A DNA stretch of 63,379 nucleotides from an uncultured Anaerolineales bacterium (GCA_964390305.1 CAYMHT010000004.1:1-63379), one strand, 5' to 3'. Numbered from the stretch's first letter, positions 36,765 through 44,948 are shown. Made by a program: numbers and translations. The notes: generated from the sequence alone by a model not told the origin.

Positions 36765-37369
36765 GTCACCCGCGTCCGGTTGACGTAAGCGATCACCTCG
36801 GCGCCTTGCTCCGCGGTGATGCGACCACTCTGTGTCAGCCGTTCCAGGAGCTCGCTGAGCCGGAGCACCGCGTGCAGACGGTATCCCCGCTCGGCCAAGT
36901 CTTCTGTGCCGCCCTGTTCACGGTCGATGAGCACCAGAACGTCCTGCACGGTCAGATTGGCCGCCTCGAGGGACTGGATCGCCTCGAGCTTGCTGCCGCC
37001 TCGAGTGATCAGATCGTCGACCAACAGCGCCGTTTCGCCAGCCTTGAAGGTCCCCTCGATGCGCCGGCGTGTTCCGTGCTCCTTAACCTCGCGGCGTGGA
37101 TAGATCATTGGGCGTTCCATTTGGAGAGCCATGGCGACCCCAATGGGTAGAGCCGCATAGGGAATTGCGGCGATGCGATCGAACGTGAGGCCATTTGCTG
37201 CCTTCACCAGGGCACTGGCTACGGCCCCTAACAGTCTCGGATGGCTAACCAGCAGCCTGAGGTCGATATAGATCGGAGAGGTGAGGCCAGACTTCAACGT
37301 GAACGTGCCAAACTTGACGCAACCGTGGTCGTGGAGGGCATCTGCTAGTCGGTCGAGGTCTGTCTTCAT
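36761..37369 (-). CDS. pyrE: orotate phosphoribosyltransferase
   Basis: PRPP-binding LLVDDLITRGGSK. The ATG overlaps the pyrF stop (ATGA). Confidence 0.92.
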   Translation of the reverse strand: MKTDLDRLADALHDHGCVKFGTFTLKSGLTSPIYIDLRLLVSHPRLLGAVASALVKAANGLTFDRIAAIPYAALPIGVAMALQMERPMIYPRREVKEHGTRRRIEGTFKAGETALLVDDLITRGGSKLEAIQSLEAANLTVQDVLVLIDREQGGTEDLAERGYRLHAVLRLSELLERLTQSGRITAEQGAEVIAYVNRTRVT

Positions 37370-38190
37370 AGAGCCGCTCCCCGTTGCTCATTGATGCGGT
37401 CGCGTAGCGCCAAGGCGGCTCTTCGCGCGGCGCTCCCGAAGTCGGAACCCGACGACGCGTATATGATCCCGCGGGAGGAGTTGATCACGGGGCCAATCCC
37501 ACCCGCTGCCGGACCATGCGCCACTGCCTGGGCCAGGTCGCCGCCCTGGGCACCCACACCGGGGATGAGGAACGGAAGGCTGGGTGCCGACTCACGAAGG
37601 GACGCCAGCTCCTCCGGGTACGTGGCTCCAACCACCAGCCCGCACGTGCCGGGCAGCTGCTCGTCCCATCGCGCTGCCAGTCGAGCTACCTTCCGATACA
37701 GCGCATTTCCCTGCACATTCAGATCCTGGAGATCCGGCGCTGACGGGTTCGAGGTACGGGCCAGCAGGAAGACCCCGCGATCCTCCGAATTCAGAAAGGG
37801 ACGCACGGTATCCAGGCCCAGATACGGATTGGCGGTGACGGCGTCGACTCCGAGCGACTCGAATGCCGCTCGAGCATATGCCTCGGCCGTGTGTCCTACA
37901 TCGTTGAACTTGCCATCCAGGATGACCGGCACATAGTCAGGTACTGCGTCCACCAGCTGTTGGAGTGCGCGCAGGCCGGCCGCCCCCTCTGCAAGCCAGA
38001 AGCCGAGGTTAGGCTTGTAAGCGCAGGCGATGTCGGCCGTGTTCTCTACGATGGTACGGCCAAACGTCAGGAGTGGGTCTTCGGACGATCGCACGACCTG
38101 AGGCAACCGGCTCGTGACGGGATCGAGCCCAACGCAGAGCCAGGAGCTGTTAATGCCCTGAGCCGCGAGGAGCTTCTCTCTGAAAGTCAT
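37366..38190 (-). CDS. pyrF: orotidine 5'-phosphate decarboxylase (long, type 2 form)
   Basis: 274 aa. LCVGLDP, KPNLGFW, ILDGKFNDVGHT, IPGVGAQGGD. First gene of the pyrF-pyrE-pyrD operon. Confidence 0.9.
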   Translation of the reverse strand: MTFREKLLAAQGINSSWLCVGLDPVTSRLPQVVRSSEDPLLTFGRTIVENTADIACAYKPNLGFWLAEGAAGLRALQQLVDAVPDYVPVILDGKFNDVGHTAEAYARAAFESLGVDAVTANPYLGLDTVRPFLNSEDRGVFLLARTSNPSAPDLQDLNVQGNALYRKVARLAARWDEQLPGTCGLVVGATYPEELASLRESAPSLPFLIPGVGAQGGDLAQAVAHGPAAGGIGPVINSSRGIIYASSGSDFGSAARRAALALRDRINEQRGAAL

Positions 38191-38244
38191 CGGGTATGGG
38201 CCTCCTTCAGTCAGAAAGCTTCTTTACAGCGGTGTCCACAGCCT

Positions 38245-38273
38245 ATTCTACAGTAATTGCGGAAACCTGTCAT
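38245..38273 (-). promoter_or_regulatory. sigma-70-type promoter candidate for pyrFED
   Basis: Minus strand ATGACA (38273-38268), 17 nt, TAGAAT (38250-38245). Confidence 0.5.
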
Positions 38274-38315
38274 CCGTCGAGACCACCGTGCATGGTTCAA
38301 TGTCCACACGCCAAA

Positions 38316-38342
38316 CGACCGCGTCCCCCTGTGACGCGGTCG
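38316..38342 (-). terminator. terminator-like hairpin after the DegV gene (weak U tract)
   Basis: 10-bp stem CGACCGCGTC/GACGCGGTCG with a 7-nt loop, followed on the minus strand by TTTGG. Confidence 0.45.
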
Positions 38343-38372
38343 CCTACGCGAGTCATCAGTGGGGGGCGTCGG

Positions 38373-39233
38373 TCAAGGTTTGGAGTAGAAGCCCAGGCCC
38401 ACCGTCCCGGGGCCGGCGTGGGTGCCGATGACCGGGCTGACGGTGGTTTGGTAGACGGTGGATACCCCGAAGCGTCTCCTTACCCTCTCCGCCACCAACT
38501 CACCCTCCTTGCGGTTGTCCACGTCGATCACAGCGACCTCCGCCATTTGCTTGCCGTGTAGACGTTCCTCGGCCGTGTTCAGCATCTCCGTTATCGCCCG
38601 ACTCTTGGTGCGGACCTGTCCCATCGCCTCGACAGAGCCGTCGTTGAGATGGAGAAGCGGTTTGATGTTCAGCATGGTTCCCAGGAACCGCTTGGCGCCC
38701 CCAATGCGGCCTCCCTTGTGCAGATACTCCAGTGTGTCCACGCAGAAAAGGACAGTCAATCGCTCCTGCACCTGCTGGGCAGCAGCCACGATGTCGGCCG
38801 CCGATGCGCCTCGCGCTGCCTCCCTGACCGCCGCCAGGGCGACAAATCCCAGGCCCATTGAGGTGGAGAATGAGTCGATGACCGTCACGTCCAATTCGGG
38901 CACTTGAGCCACAGCGGCCTCCGCGGAGGCGACGGTGCCGCTGATCTTGCTTGAGATATGGGCACCGACGATGGTGTCCGTCCCCTTCTCCTCCGCTACT
39001 CGCCGGTAGAAATCGACGAACTCGCCTACGGATGGCTGGGAGGTGCTCGGGATCGTGTCGCGTTCCCGAAGGCGACGATAGAAGGTCTGAGGGTCGATGT
39101 CCACCCCGTCGCGATACCGCTCGTCCTCCCAGATGAGCCACAGAGGGATCACTGGAATGTCGAGGCCGTCCAGAGCTTCGTCTGGGATGTAGGCTGTGCT
39201 GTCCGTGACGACGGCGACCTTCTGTCGAGTCAT
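38373..39233 (-). CDS. DegV-family fatty-acid-binding protein
   Basis: VAVVTDSTAYIP, STSQPS, typical length of 286 aa. Confidence 0.9.
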   Translation of the reverse strand: MTRQKVAVVTDSTAYIPDEALDGLDIPVIPLWLIWEDERYRDGVDIDPQTFYRRLRERDTIPSTSQPSVGEFVDFYRRVAEEKGTDTIVGAHISSKISGTVASAEAAVAQVPELDVTVIDSFSTSMGLGFVALAAVREAARGASAADIVAAAQQVQERLTVLFCVDTLEYLHKGGRIGGAKRFLGTMLNIKPLLHLNDGSVEAMGQVRTKSRAITEMLNTAEERLHGKQMAEVAVIDVDNRKEGELVAERVRRRFGVSTVYQTTVSPVIGTHAGPGTVGLGFYSKP

Positions 39234-39350
39234 GAGTTCCTCCTAGTCTCGATGGCGCGACTACCCTGTTGTTGAAACACGCGATCCGCACAAAGGTTGC
39301 GCCACCGCCGCCGCGTCCGGAGATCCCGTGTTGGGGGCCGTCATTCGAGG

Positions 39351-39989
39351 CTATGGGCCACTGGCGGGTCCGTTGGGTAGGAGGAAGTTGATCGCGATGG
39401 CCAGGATGCCTGCGATGACGGTGCGCAATCCATAGCCTAGCAAGCTGCGCTCGGATATGTGACCGAGGAACATGCCCAGCCCGAACAGAGCCACGAGGCC
39501 AACGACCAAAGCGAGTGCATAGGCAATGAGGATGTTGCCTATCAATGGCGCGACGAAGAAAGGGAGGAGCACGATCAGCGACGACACGAGGGGGGAAAGG
39601 CCGTCCACTAATGACACGACGACGACCGCCACTCGGGCGGCGCGGCTGAACTTCGTGCCACTCAAGTCGATAAGCGATACCCTCTCCAGCTGCGTCAAGT
39701 CACGACGACGCTCGGCTGTTTCGGCCAGATAGGCGCCCCAGAGGCCCGAGATGCCTATGGAGACAGAGGCAGCGATGCCGATCCGGATCACGGTTGCGGC
39801 GTCGCGAACGCGAGCCAGGTAATTGCCTGTCAACACACCTACCATCGTCAGCACCCCGTCGAACGAGTTGTTCGCCAGAGCGCGGCGCGCTATCTGCCAG
39901 AAGCCAGTGATGCGCTCGTACTCGCGCACTGCGTCTAGCTGGTGAGCGAGCTGCTCGCGTGCAGACTCCATAGCGTCCATGGTCTTCAT
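39351..39989 (-). CDS. VIT1/CCC1-like (TIGR00267-type) membrane protein
   Basis: Soluble N-terminal helix, then 4-5 TM helices (NSFDGVLTMVGVLTG..., GISGLWGAYLAE..., C-terminal hydrophobic block). The ATG 39989 lies 2 nt after the DUF211 stop; GTG 39992 is an alternative. Confidence 0.7.
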   Translation of the reverse strand: MKTMDAMESAREQLAHQLDAVREYERITGFWQIARRALANNSFDGVLTMVGVLTGNYLARVRDAATVIRIGIAASVSIGISGLWGAYLAETAERRRDLTQLERVSLIDLSGTKFSRAARVAVVVVSLVDGLSPLVSSLIVLLPFFVAPLIGNILIAYALALVVGLVALFGLGMFLGHISERSLLGYGLRTVIAGILAIAINFLLPNGPASGP

Positions 39990-39991
39990 CA

Positions 39992-40285
39992 CTAATCTTG
40001 AGGCGTGACTACGTCCTCAATGAGCACCTTGCCAGCCGCGACCTCGTCGATCGAGTGAATGGCGCCACCGTTCTGCTCAATCAGGTCTATGATCTTCTGA
40101 TGAGGCACGTTGTGGCCCTCGATGGTCAGCTTTGCGTTCTCCACGCGTCGGTCGATCTCGTAGATCGAGATGTTGACGCCGTCCACGCCGTCGAGATCAG
40201 CGAGCACCTGCACTAGCTGGACGATGCTCGGCTCCAAGGGCTTCAGCACGTCGAGCACAAGGCGTCGTAGATTTCCCATGATCAC
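39992..40285 (-). CDS. DUF211 (COG1888) family protein
   Basis: 97 aa. LRRLVLDVLKPLEPSIVQLVQVLADLDGVDGVNISIYEIDRRVENAKLTIEG..IIDLIEQNGGAIHSIDEV matches my recollection of DUF211. GGAGGAG before the ATG. Confidence 0.75.
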   Translation of the reverse strand: MIMGNLRRLVLDVLKPLEPSIVQLVQVLADLDGVDGVNISIYEIDRRVENAKLTIEGHNVPHQKIIDLIEQNGGAIHSIDEVAAGKVLIEDVVTPQD

Positions 40286-40313
40286 TCCTCCGATGGTATA
40301 AGTCTCCGTGCAA

Positions 40314-40356
40314 AGACCAGACAGCCGGTGCCGAGTGTCGGACGGTCATCTGGTCT
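40314..40356 (-). promoter_or_regulatory. terminator-like hairpin in the leader about 30 nt upstream of the DUF211 start
   Basis: Minus-strand RNA AGACCAGA-UGACCGUCCGACACUCGGCACCGGCUG-UCUGGUCU followed by UUUG. Inner CCGA-CAC-UCGG pairing extends the stem. A second hairpin GCCCUG-cagga-CAGGGC (40368-40384) lies just upstream. Confidence 0.4.
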
Positions 40357-40896
40357 CAGACGAGCGGGCCCTGTCCTGCAGGGCTGCACGCACCGTTCCT
40401 TTGCCTTCGTCAGGCCGAACCCGATGCTACTGAGGGCTTCGACGAGGCTGAAAACCTGGTCGGCGGCAGCAAGGATGCAACCGAAGAGGCCTCCACTGCC
40501 GGCTGCTGCTGCGACTACTCGGCATCTGAGCGCCACGTTGAGCTTCGTCAGGATGGACCCGGCGTCTCTAAGAGAGGCGGACTGGATGGTCCGCTTCGGG
40601 CTTCGCACCGTTGTGTCGCTGCAGGGGCGAAGCGAGATGAGGGGGCCTTCGAGGCAGCTGCTGGCCTGTGTGTCCCAGGATGATTGAGTCAGATCGTTGT
40701 GGGCTGCTGTCCGCCGAAGCGCCTGAACCTCGGCTCCTGGCTTCGGCTGTACGATGAACGTGTTATGGTGTCGCCCCCGTGGTGAAGCTGGGGCGCCACG
40801 TCCGGGTGTCTGGGTTTCTTGGTCAGTACTCAATCTGTTTATGCGTGCATGCGATCTCGGCGTAGCATGAGGTCTGGTTGAAGAGTGAGTCACGGT

Positions 40897-40936
40897 CGAA
40901 AGAAAAACCGGCTTGCCATGGTTCGCCCCAGCCTGG
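40897..40936 (-). terminator. possible intrinsic terminator on the minus strand
   Basis: Minus-strand RNA CC(A)GGCU - 16-nt loop - AGCCGG followed by UUUUUCUUUCG. The stem is only 6 bp with one bulge. Confidence 0.3.
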
Positions 40937-41012
40937 AGACGATGCTCATCAGACGGTACGTTCGACCTATGTGAATCTCTCACGCTCAGGATCTGCGTAC
41001 ACGCTTCGCTTC

Positions 41013-41040
41013 ATTATAGCGGGGTTCATCCACAATGCAA
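41013..41040 (-). promoter_or_regulatory. orphan near-consensus sigma-70 promoter inside the gene-free region
   Basis: Minus strand TTGCAT (41040-41035), 16 nt, TATAAT (41018-41013). The nearest downstream minus-strand start codon is 40285, about 720 nt away. Confidence 0.5.
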
Positions 41041-41370
41041 GCGCGGGATCCCCGGTCCCATGGCCCCAAGGGACGCTCCGACGCGCGAACGTGCTCCTTC
41101 TCTGCCAGCTGCCCTCCAGTCAAATCCTGCCTGCTTCTGGCGGTTACGTCGGGCGGGCATGGCGAGAAGGCCAAGAGCTCGGCGCGGATTGACGTGCACC
41201 CATGAATGGTCAACGTCGAGCACCACTCCTCGAACCGCTGCCTGCGGATCCTCAGCCCCGGACTCTGGTTTGACTTGGGGCTCTGATAATGGTACACTTG
41301 GCGCGTTGGCGACGATCCCTTGTCTATCTGCCCACGGCGGGTACTGGTGCCGCTATCAAGGAGGCTTCTC

Positions 41371-41757
41371 ATGCCGGAGGAAAAGAAACTGGTCGTCTGC
41401 ATCGAGGACGAACCTGAGATGATCGATCTTGTCAAGTTGATTCTCCGACGGGCTGATTTCGAGTTCGTGGGCGCCGTGGGTGGCCGGGAAGGCCTTGAAA
41501 CCGTGCGGAAACTGAAGCCGGATCTCGTACTGCTGGATCTGATGATGCCGGACGTCGACGGATGGGAGGTCTACCGGCAGATGAAGGTGGATGAGGAGCT
41601 GAGTCAGATACCGGTGATCGTCATCACCGCCAAGGCGCAGAGCATCGACCGTGTGTTGGGTCTTCACATCGCCAAGGTAGACGACTACATTACGAAGCCA
41701 TTCGGTCCTCACGAGCTCCTGGAGAGCGTTGGCCACATCCTGGATATTGAAGAGTGA
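41371..41757 (+). CDS. stand-alone response regulator receiver protein (CheY-like)
   Basis: 128 aa. VVCIEDEPEM, LVLLDLMMPDVDG, PVIVITAK, DDYITKPF. AAGGAGG before ATG 41371. Confidence 0.88.
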   Translation: MPEEKKLVVCIEDEPEMIDLVKLILRRADFEFVGAVGGREGLETVRKLKPDLVLLDLMMPDVDGWEVYRQMKVDEELSQIPVIVITAKAQSIDRVLGLHIAKVDDYITKPFGPHELLESVGHILDIEE

Positions 41758-41852
41758 GCTGCTGGTCTTCGTTGGTCACAGTTCTATTGGCCATGGACGG
41801 GCCTGGGCCGATGACTCTCGGGTGAGCGGGAGTTCCTTGTCTTGAGGAATAG

Positions 41853-41900
41853 GGCGATGGTATGGAGCTAGCTTCCTGACCATCGCCGCTTTGTTTCTGT
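41853..41900 (+). terminator. intrinsic terminator
   Basis: GGCGATGGT - 17-nt loop - ACCATCGCC, then GCTTTGTTTCTGT. Ends 29 nt before the next start codon. Confidence 0.7.
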
Positions 41901-41928
41901 GAGTTCTGCGAGTTGAAGGAGGGTTGAC

Positions 41929-42414
41929 ATGGAGTTCAAGGTCGTCCGAATCGAGAAACCAGAGACACTGAATCTCATTCTGGGTCAGTCTCACTTCATC
42001 AAGACGGTCGAGGATCTGCACGAGGTGCTGGTGACTGCCGTGCCCGCTATTCAGTTTGGCCTGGCGTTCTGTGAGTCGTCAGGGCCAGCCCTCGTCCGCG
42101 CCAGCGGCACCGATGACGAATTAGTCGACCTGGCCAAACAGAACGCGCTCGCGCTCGGTGCTGGCCACTGTTTCATCATCTTTCTCGGCGAGGGTTTCTA
42201 CCCCGTCAACGTGCTCAATGCGGTCAAACACGTGCCGGAGGTTTGCCGTATCTTCTGCGCCACGGCCAATCCGGTTGAGGTTATCCTGGCCGAGACGACC
42301 CAGGGACGCGCCATTCTCGGCGTCGTCGATGGCGTCAAGACAAAGGGGATCGAGACGGAGGAGGACGTCGAGGAGCGCAAGAGCCTGCTCCGCGCCATTG
42401 GGTACAAGCTATGA
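41929..42414 (+). CDS. adenosine-specific kinase family protein (PF04008-like)
   Basis: 161 aa. LILGQSHFIKTVEDLHEVLVTAVPAIQFGLAFCESSGP ... CFIIFLGEGFYPVNVLNAVKHVPEVCRIFCATANP matches my recollection of this family. GAAGGAGGG before the ATG. Confidence 0.7.
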   Translation: MEFKVVRIEKPETLNLILGQSHFIKTVEDLHEVLVTAVPAIQFGLAFCESSGPALVRASGTDDELVDLAKQNALALGAGHCFIIFLGEGFYPVNVLNAVKHVPEVCRIFCATANPVEVILAETTQGRAILGVVDGVKTKGIETEEDVEERKSLLRAIGYKL

Positions 42415-42491
42415 GGAGCAGAATGCGAATCGCCTCTGATGAGACGCGGGGTTGCCACATAGACTGTCGTCTGTTGGGAGTGAAGTAGACT

Positions 42492-43073
42492 GTGGAAGCC
42501 GGGTCCGCCCTGCAGCTGTTGCTCTATGGCAACCAGCTTAAGCGCATCCCGAGGACTGGCTGGGTCATGCGCGGTGTGACCGATGGTGAGAGCGTCTCAG
42601 ATCACACCTTTGGCGTGGCGTTTGTCTCCCTGGTCCTGGCACAGCTCGTGGAGCGGCCCGTGGACACCGCTAAGCTCCTCGGCATTGCATTGCTCCACGA
42701 TCTACCCGAAGCCGTCCTCGGCGACATTCCAGCTCCGGCGCTACGTCACTTCTCTCCTGATATAAAGCGAGCGGCGGAGGAGGAGGTGCTGAGGTCGTTG
42801 CTTGCCGAGCTTCCTCAGCGCCAGCAATGGCGCGCGTGGTGGCGCGAGTTTGAGGAACAGGCCAGCGTTGAGGCGAAGCTCGTGCGCGACGCCGACCGCC
42901 TTGACATGCTGATCCAGGCCTTTGTCTACGAAGAGACGACGGGCAATCGTTGGCTCAGGGAGTTCTGGGAGGAGACGACCCGGAGTTCCTTTGAGTTCGA
43001 GGCTTCAAGGTCCGTCTTTGAAGCGCTCCGTGGAGCACGTGGGAGGACCGGGACGCGACGTGAGTTGGGTTGA
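42492..43073 (+). CDS. HD-domain phosphohydrolase (YfbR-like 5'-nucleotidase family)
   Basis: LKRIPRTGW, ESVSDHTFGVAF, LLHDLPEAVLGDIP, DADRLDM. GTG start. Confidence 0.85.
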   Translation: MEAGSALQLLLYGNQLKRIPRTGWVMRGVTDGESVSDHTFGVAFVSLVLAQLVERPVDTAKLLGIALLHDLPEAVLGDIPAPALRHFSPDIKRAAEEEVLRSLLAELPQRQQWRAWWREFEEQASVEAKLVRDADRLDMLIQAFVYEETTGNRWLREFWEETTRSSFEFEASRSVFEALRGARGRTGTRRELG

Positions 43074-43437
43074 AGCGCGCAACGCGCGCGGAGGCGAGCT
43101 CGTGCTGGGGCGGGTACGTCTTTGCGACAGCTTCCTCTGTCGCCTTCGTGGGCTCACCTTTCGGAGACAGCTTTCTGATGATGAGGGATTGCTCCTCGTG
43201 GGTCGGCGAGAGAGTCGTGTAGATACGGCCATACATATGCTCTTCGTGTTCTTTCCTATCACTGCCGCTTGGCTGGACGCAGAGGGACGCGTGGTGGACG
43301 CTCAGGTGGCCTTCCCTTTCCGTCCTCTCTACGTGCCACAGGCGCCGGCGAAGGACGTGCTTGAGGGCCCACCGTCGCTCCTGAAACGGGTACGGGTGGG
43401 GGATCGGCTACAATTCCACGAGGTGCTCCGTGGTTAG
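43060..43437 (+). CDS. DUF192 (COG1430) family protein
   Basis: CDSFLCRLRGLTFRRQL ... LLLVGRRESRVDTAIHMLFVFFPITAAWLD ... Start uncertain: GTG 43060 or GTG 43030; the longest ORF start 42922 overlaps the HD gene. Confidence 0.65.
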   Translation: MSWVEARNARGGELVLGRVRLCDSFLCRLRGLTFRRQLSDDEGLLLVGRRESRVDTAIHMLFVFFPITAAWLDAEGRVVDAQVAFPFRPLYVPQAPAKDVLEGPPSLLKRVRVGDRLQFHEVLRG

Positions 43438-44881
43438 GCGACAGTTCTCCCTGCTGACACTGCTGCTAATCTTCCTGGCGTTGCCCGGCCCTATTCAGGC
43501 CGGTCCTGAGGATGGTCGTTCAGCTCAGGCGTCTGGCCCCACCCAAGAGGCCGTCCACGTCGTGCAGCAGGGGGAGACCTTGTTCTCCATTGCGCAGCGG
43601 TATGGCTCGACGGTCAATGCCCTTGCCCACGCCAACCATCTGTCGGATCCAACCAGGATCTACGTGGGGCAGCGGCTCAAGATACCGTCCGGCGGCGAGC
43701 TCGAGATCGATCCGCTGTCCGTCGTTTCCTACGTTGTTCAGCCCACCGATACTCTGGCCGACATCGCAAGGCGTCATCTCACGTCTTGGCGGGCGCTGGC
43801 TCGTCTCAACGGCTTGCTCTCGGCCGACGTTCTCTACCCTGGGCAGATTATTCAGGTCCCCCGGACCGACCCTGTCGGAGGTCTCGGAGGCGCCCTCCAC
43901 GTCGTGGAGCATGGTGAGACGCTGCTAAGGATCGCGTTGCGCCACGACGTCCCTCCGTCGACTTTGAGAACCGCGAATCAGGTCTTGAATCCGGCGTTGC
44001 TGTACCCGGGCCAGCAACTGCTGATCCCGGGTGAGGCAGAGAGCCGCTTGCCGTCACCGTTCGTGGGTGTGGATGTGCGCCCCCTGCCAGTGCCACAGGG
44101 CGGTACCCTAGTCATCGACGTCCGGACGACCCAGCCAGTGACGCTAAGCGGAAGGGTGTTCGAGCGGGACGTGCGCTTCGTCGAGGAGGAGGGGGTCTAT
44201 TACGGGCTCGTCGGCGTGCTCGCCTTCACCGAGCCGGGGCTGTACGAGCTGACGCTCAAGGCCGTAGACAGCAGTGAGCGTAGCACCGAGATCACCGCCG
44301 ACGTGGTTGTTGAGGCAGTCCGGTTCGGCTACGAGCGCATCAAGGCGGCTCCAAGCTTGCTCGATCCCGCCGTCGTTGCCGCCGAGCGAGAGCGGGTCGA
44401 CGCGCTGCGCCCCACATTCACGGAGAACAGGGAGTGGTCGGGGGCACTTCGGCGTCCCTGCGGAGGCACGGTCTCTTCCCCCTTCGGGACATATCGCGCC
44501 TATAACGAGGGTCCCTATACCAGCTACCACGGCGGCGTCGATCTTCGCGGCGCGACTGGGACGCCGGTCTACGCGCCTGCTGGTGGGACTGTCGTGCTGG
44601 CTGAGCCGTTGACCGTCCGTGGCAACGCCCTGGTGCTGGATCACGGCTGGGGTGTGTTGACGGGGTACTGGCACCTCTCGGAGATAGAGGTGGAGACGGG
44701 GCAGCGCGTCGAACAGGGTGAACTGGTGGCCAGAATCGGTAGCACAGGGTTGTCGACGGGCTCTCATCTCCACTGGGAGATGTGGGTGGGCGGTGTGAAC
44801 GTCAACCCGATGCAGTGGCTTGAGTCCTTCTACCCATGGCCCGAGAGACTCGAGGATTCAGGCGACGAAGCAACCCGGTGA
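43430..44881 (+). CDS. secreted LysM-repeat / M23 family metallopeptidase
   Basis: Signal peptide (LLTLLLIFLALPGPIQA), three LysM repeats (HVVQQGETLFSIAQRYG..., YVVQPTDTLADIARRH..., HVVEHGETLLRIALRH...), M23 motifs HGGVDL and GSHLHWEM. Confidence 0.92.
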   Translation: MVRRQFSLLTLLLIFLALPGPIQAGPEDGRSAQASGPTQEAVHVVQQGETLFSIAQRYGSTVNALAHANHLSDPTRIYVGQRLKIPSGGELEIDPLSVVSYVVQPTDTLADIARRHLTSWRALARLNGLLSADVLYPGQIIQVPRTDPVGGLGGALHVVEHGETLLRIALRHDVPPSTLRTANQVLNPALLYPGQQLLIPGEAESRLPSPFVGVDVRPLPVPQGGTLVIDVRTTQPVTLSGRVFERDVRFVEEEGVYYGLVGVLAFTEPGLYELTLKAVDSSERSTEITADVVVEAVRFGYERIKAAPSLLDPAVVAAERERVDALRPTFTENREWSGALRRPCGGTVSSPFGTYRAYNEGPYTSYHGGVDLRGATGTPVYAPAGGTVVLAEPLTVRGNALVLDHGWGVLTGYWHLSEIEVETGQRVEQGELVARIGSTGLSTGSHLHWEMWVGGVNVNPMQWLESFYPWPERLEDSGDEATR

Positions 44882-44948
44882 CTTGAGCAGAGGCACCTGT
44901 CGGGTCTCTGGTGGTAGTCTCGATCTGGTCCATTTGAGGAGGAAGTGT

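Noticed and set aside
40897-40955. RNase P-like string AAAAACCGGCUUG (plus strand, about 40903-40915) and hammerhead-like CUGAUGAG (minus strand, 40952-40945). I also looked for tmRNA and SRP RNA signatures across 40286-41370.
   Set aside because: There is no GAGGAAAGUCCGG P4 partner at the required distance, and CGGCUUA is not matched exactly. No proper stem II or GAAA core follows the CUGAUGAG. There is no tRNA-like acceptor/T-arm and no GGAA-tetraloop SRP domain IV.
40282-40983. 233-aa minus-strand ORF spanning most of the gene-free region and ending exactly at the DUF211 start.
   Set aside because: The composition is not protein-like (Arg/Ser/Thr/His/Pro-rich) and third-position G/C bias is weak compared with real genes here. 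There is no SD at its GTG, and all frames in the region are similarly open. Treated as non-coding.
41798-41810. GGGCCUGGGCC resembling the CCGCCUGGGC element of the ZTP (pfl) riboswitch, upstream of the adenosine-kinase-family gene.
   Set aside because: One mismatch in the conserved element, and no upstream GGGUCGUGACUGGCG-type sub-domain.
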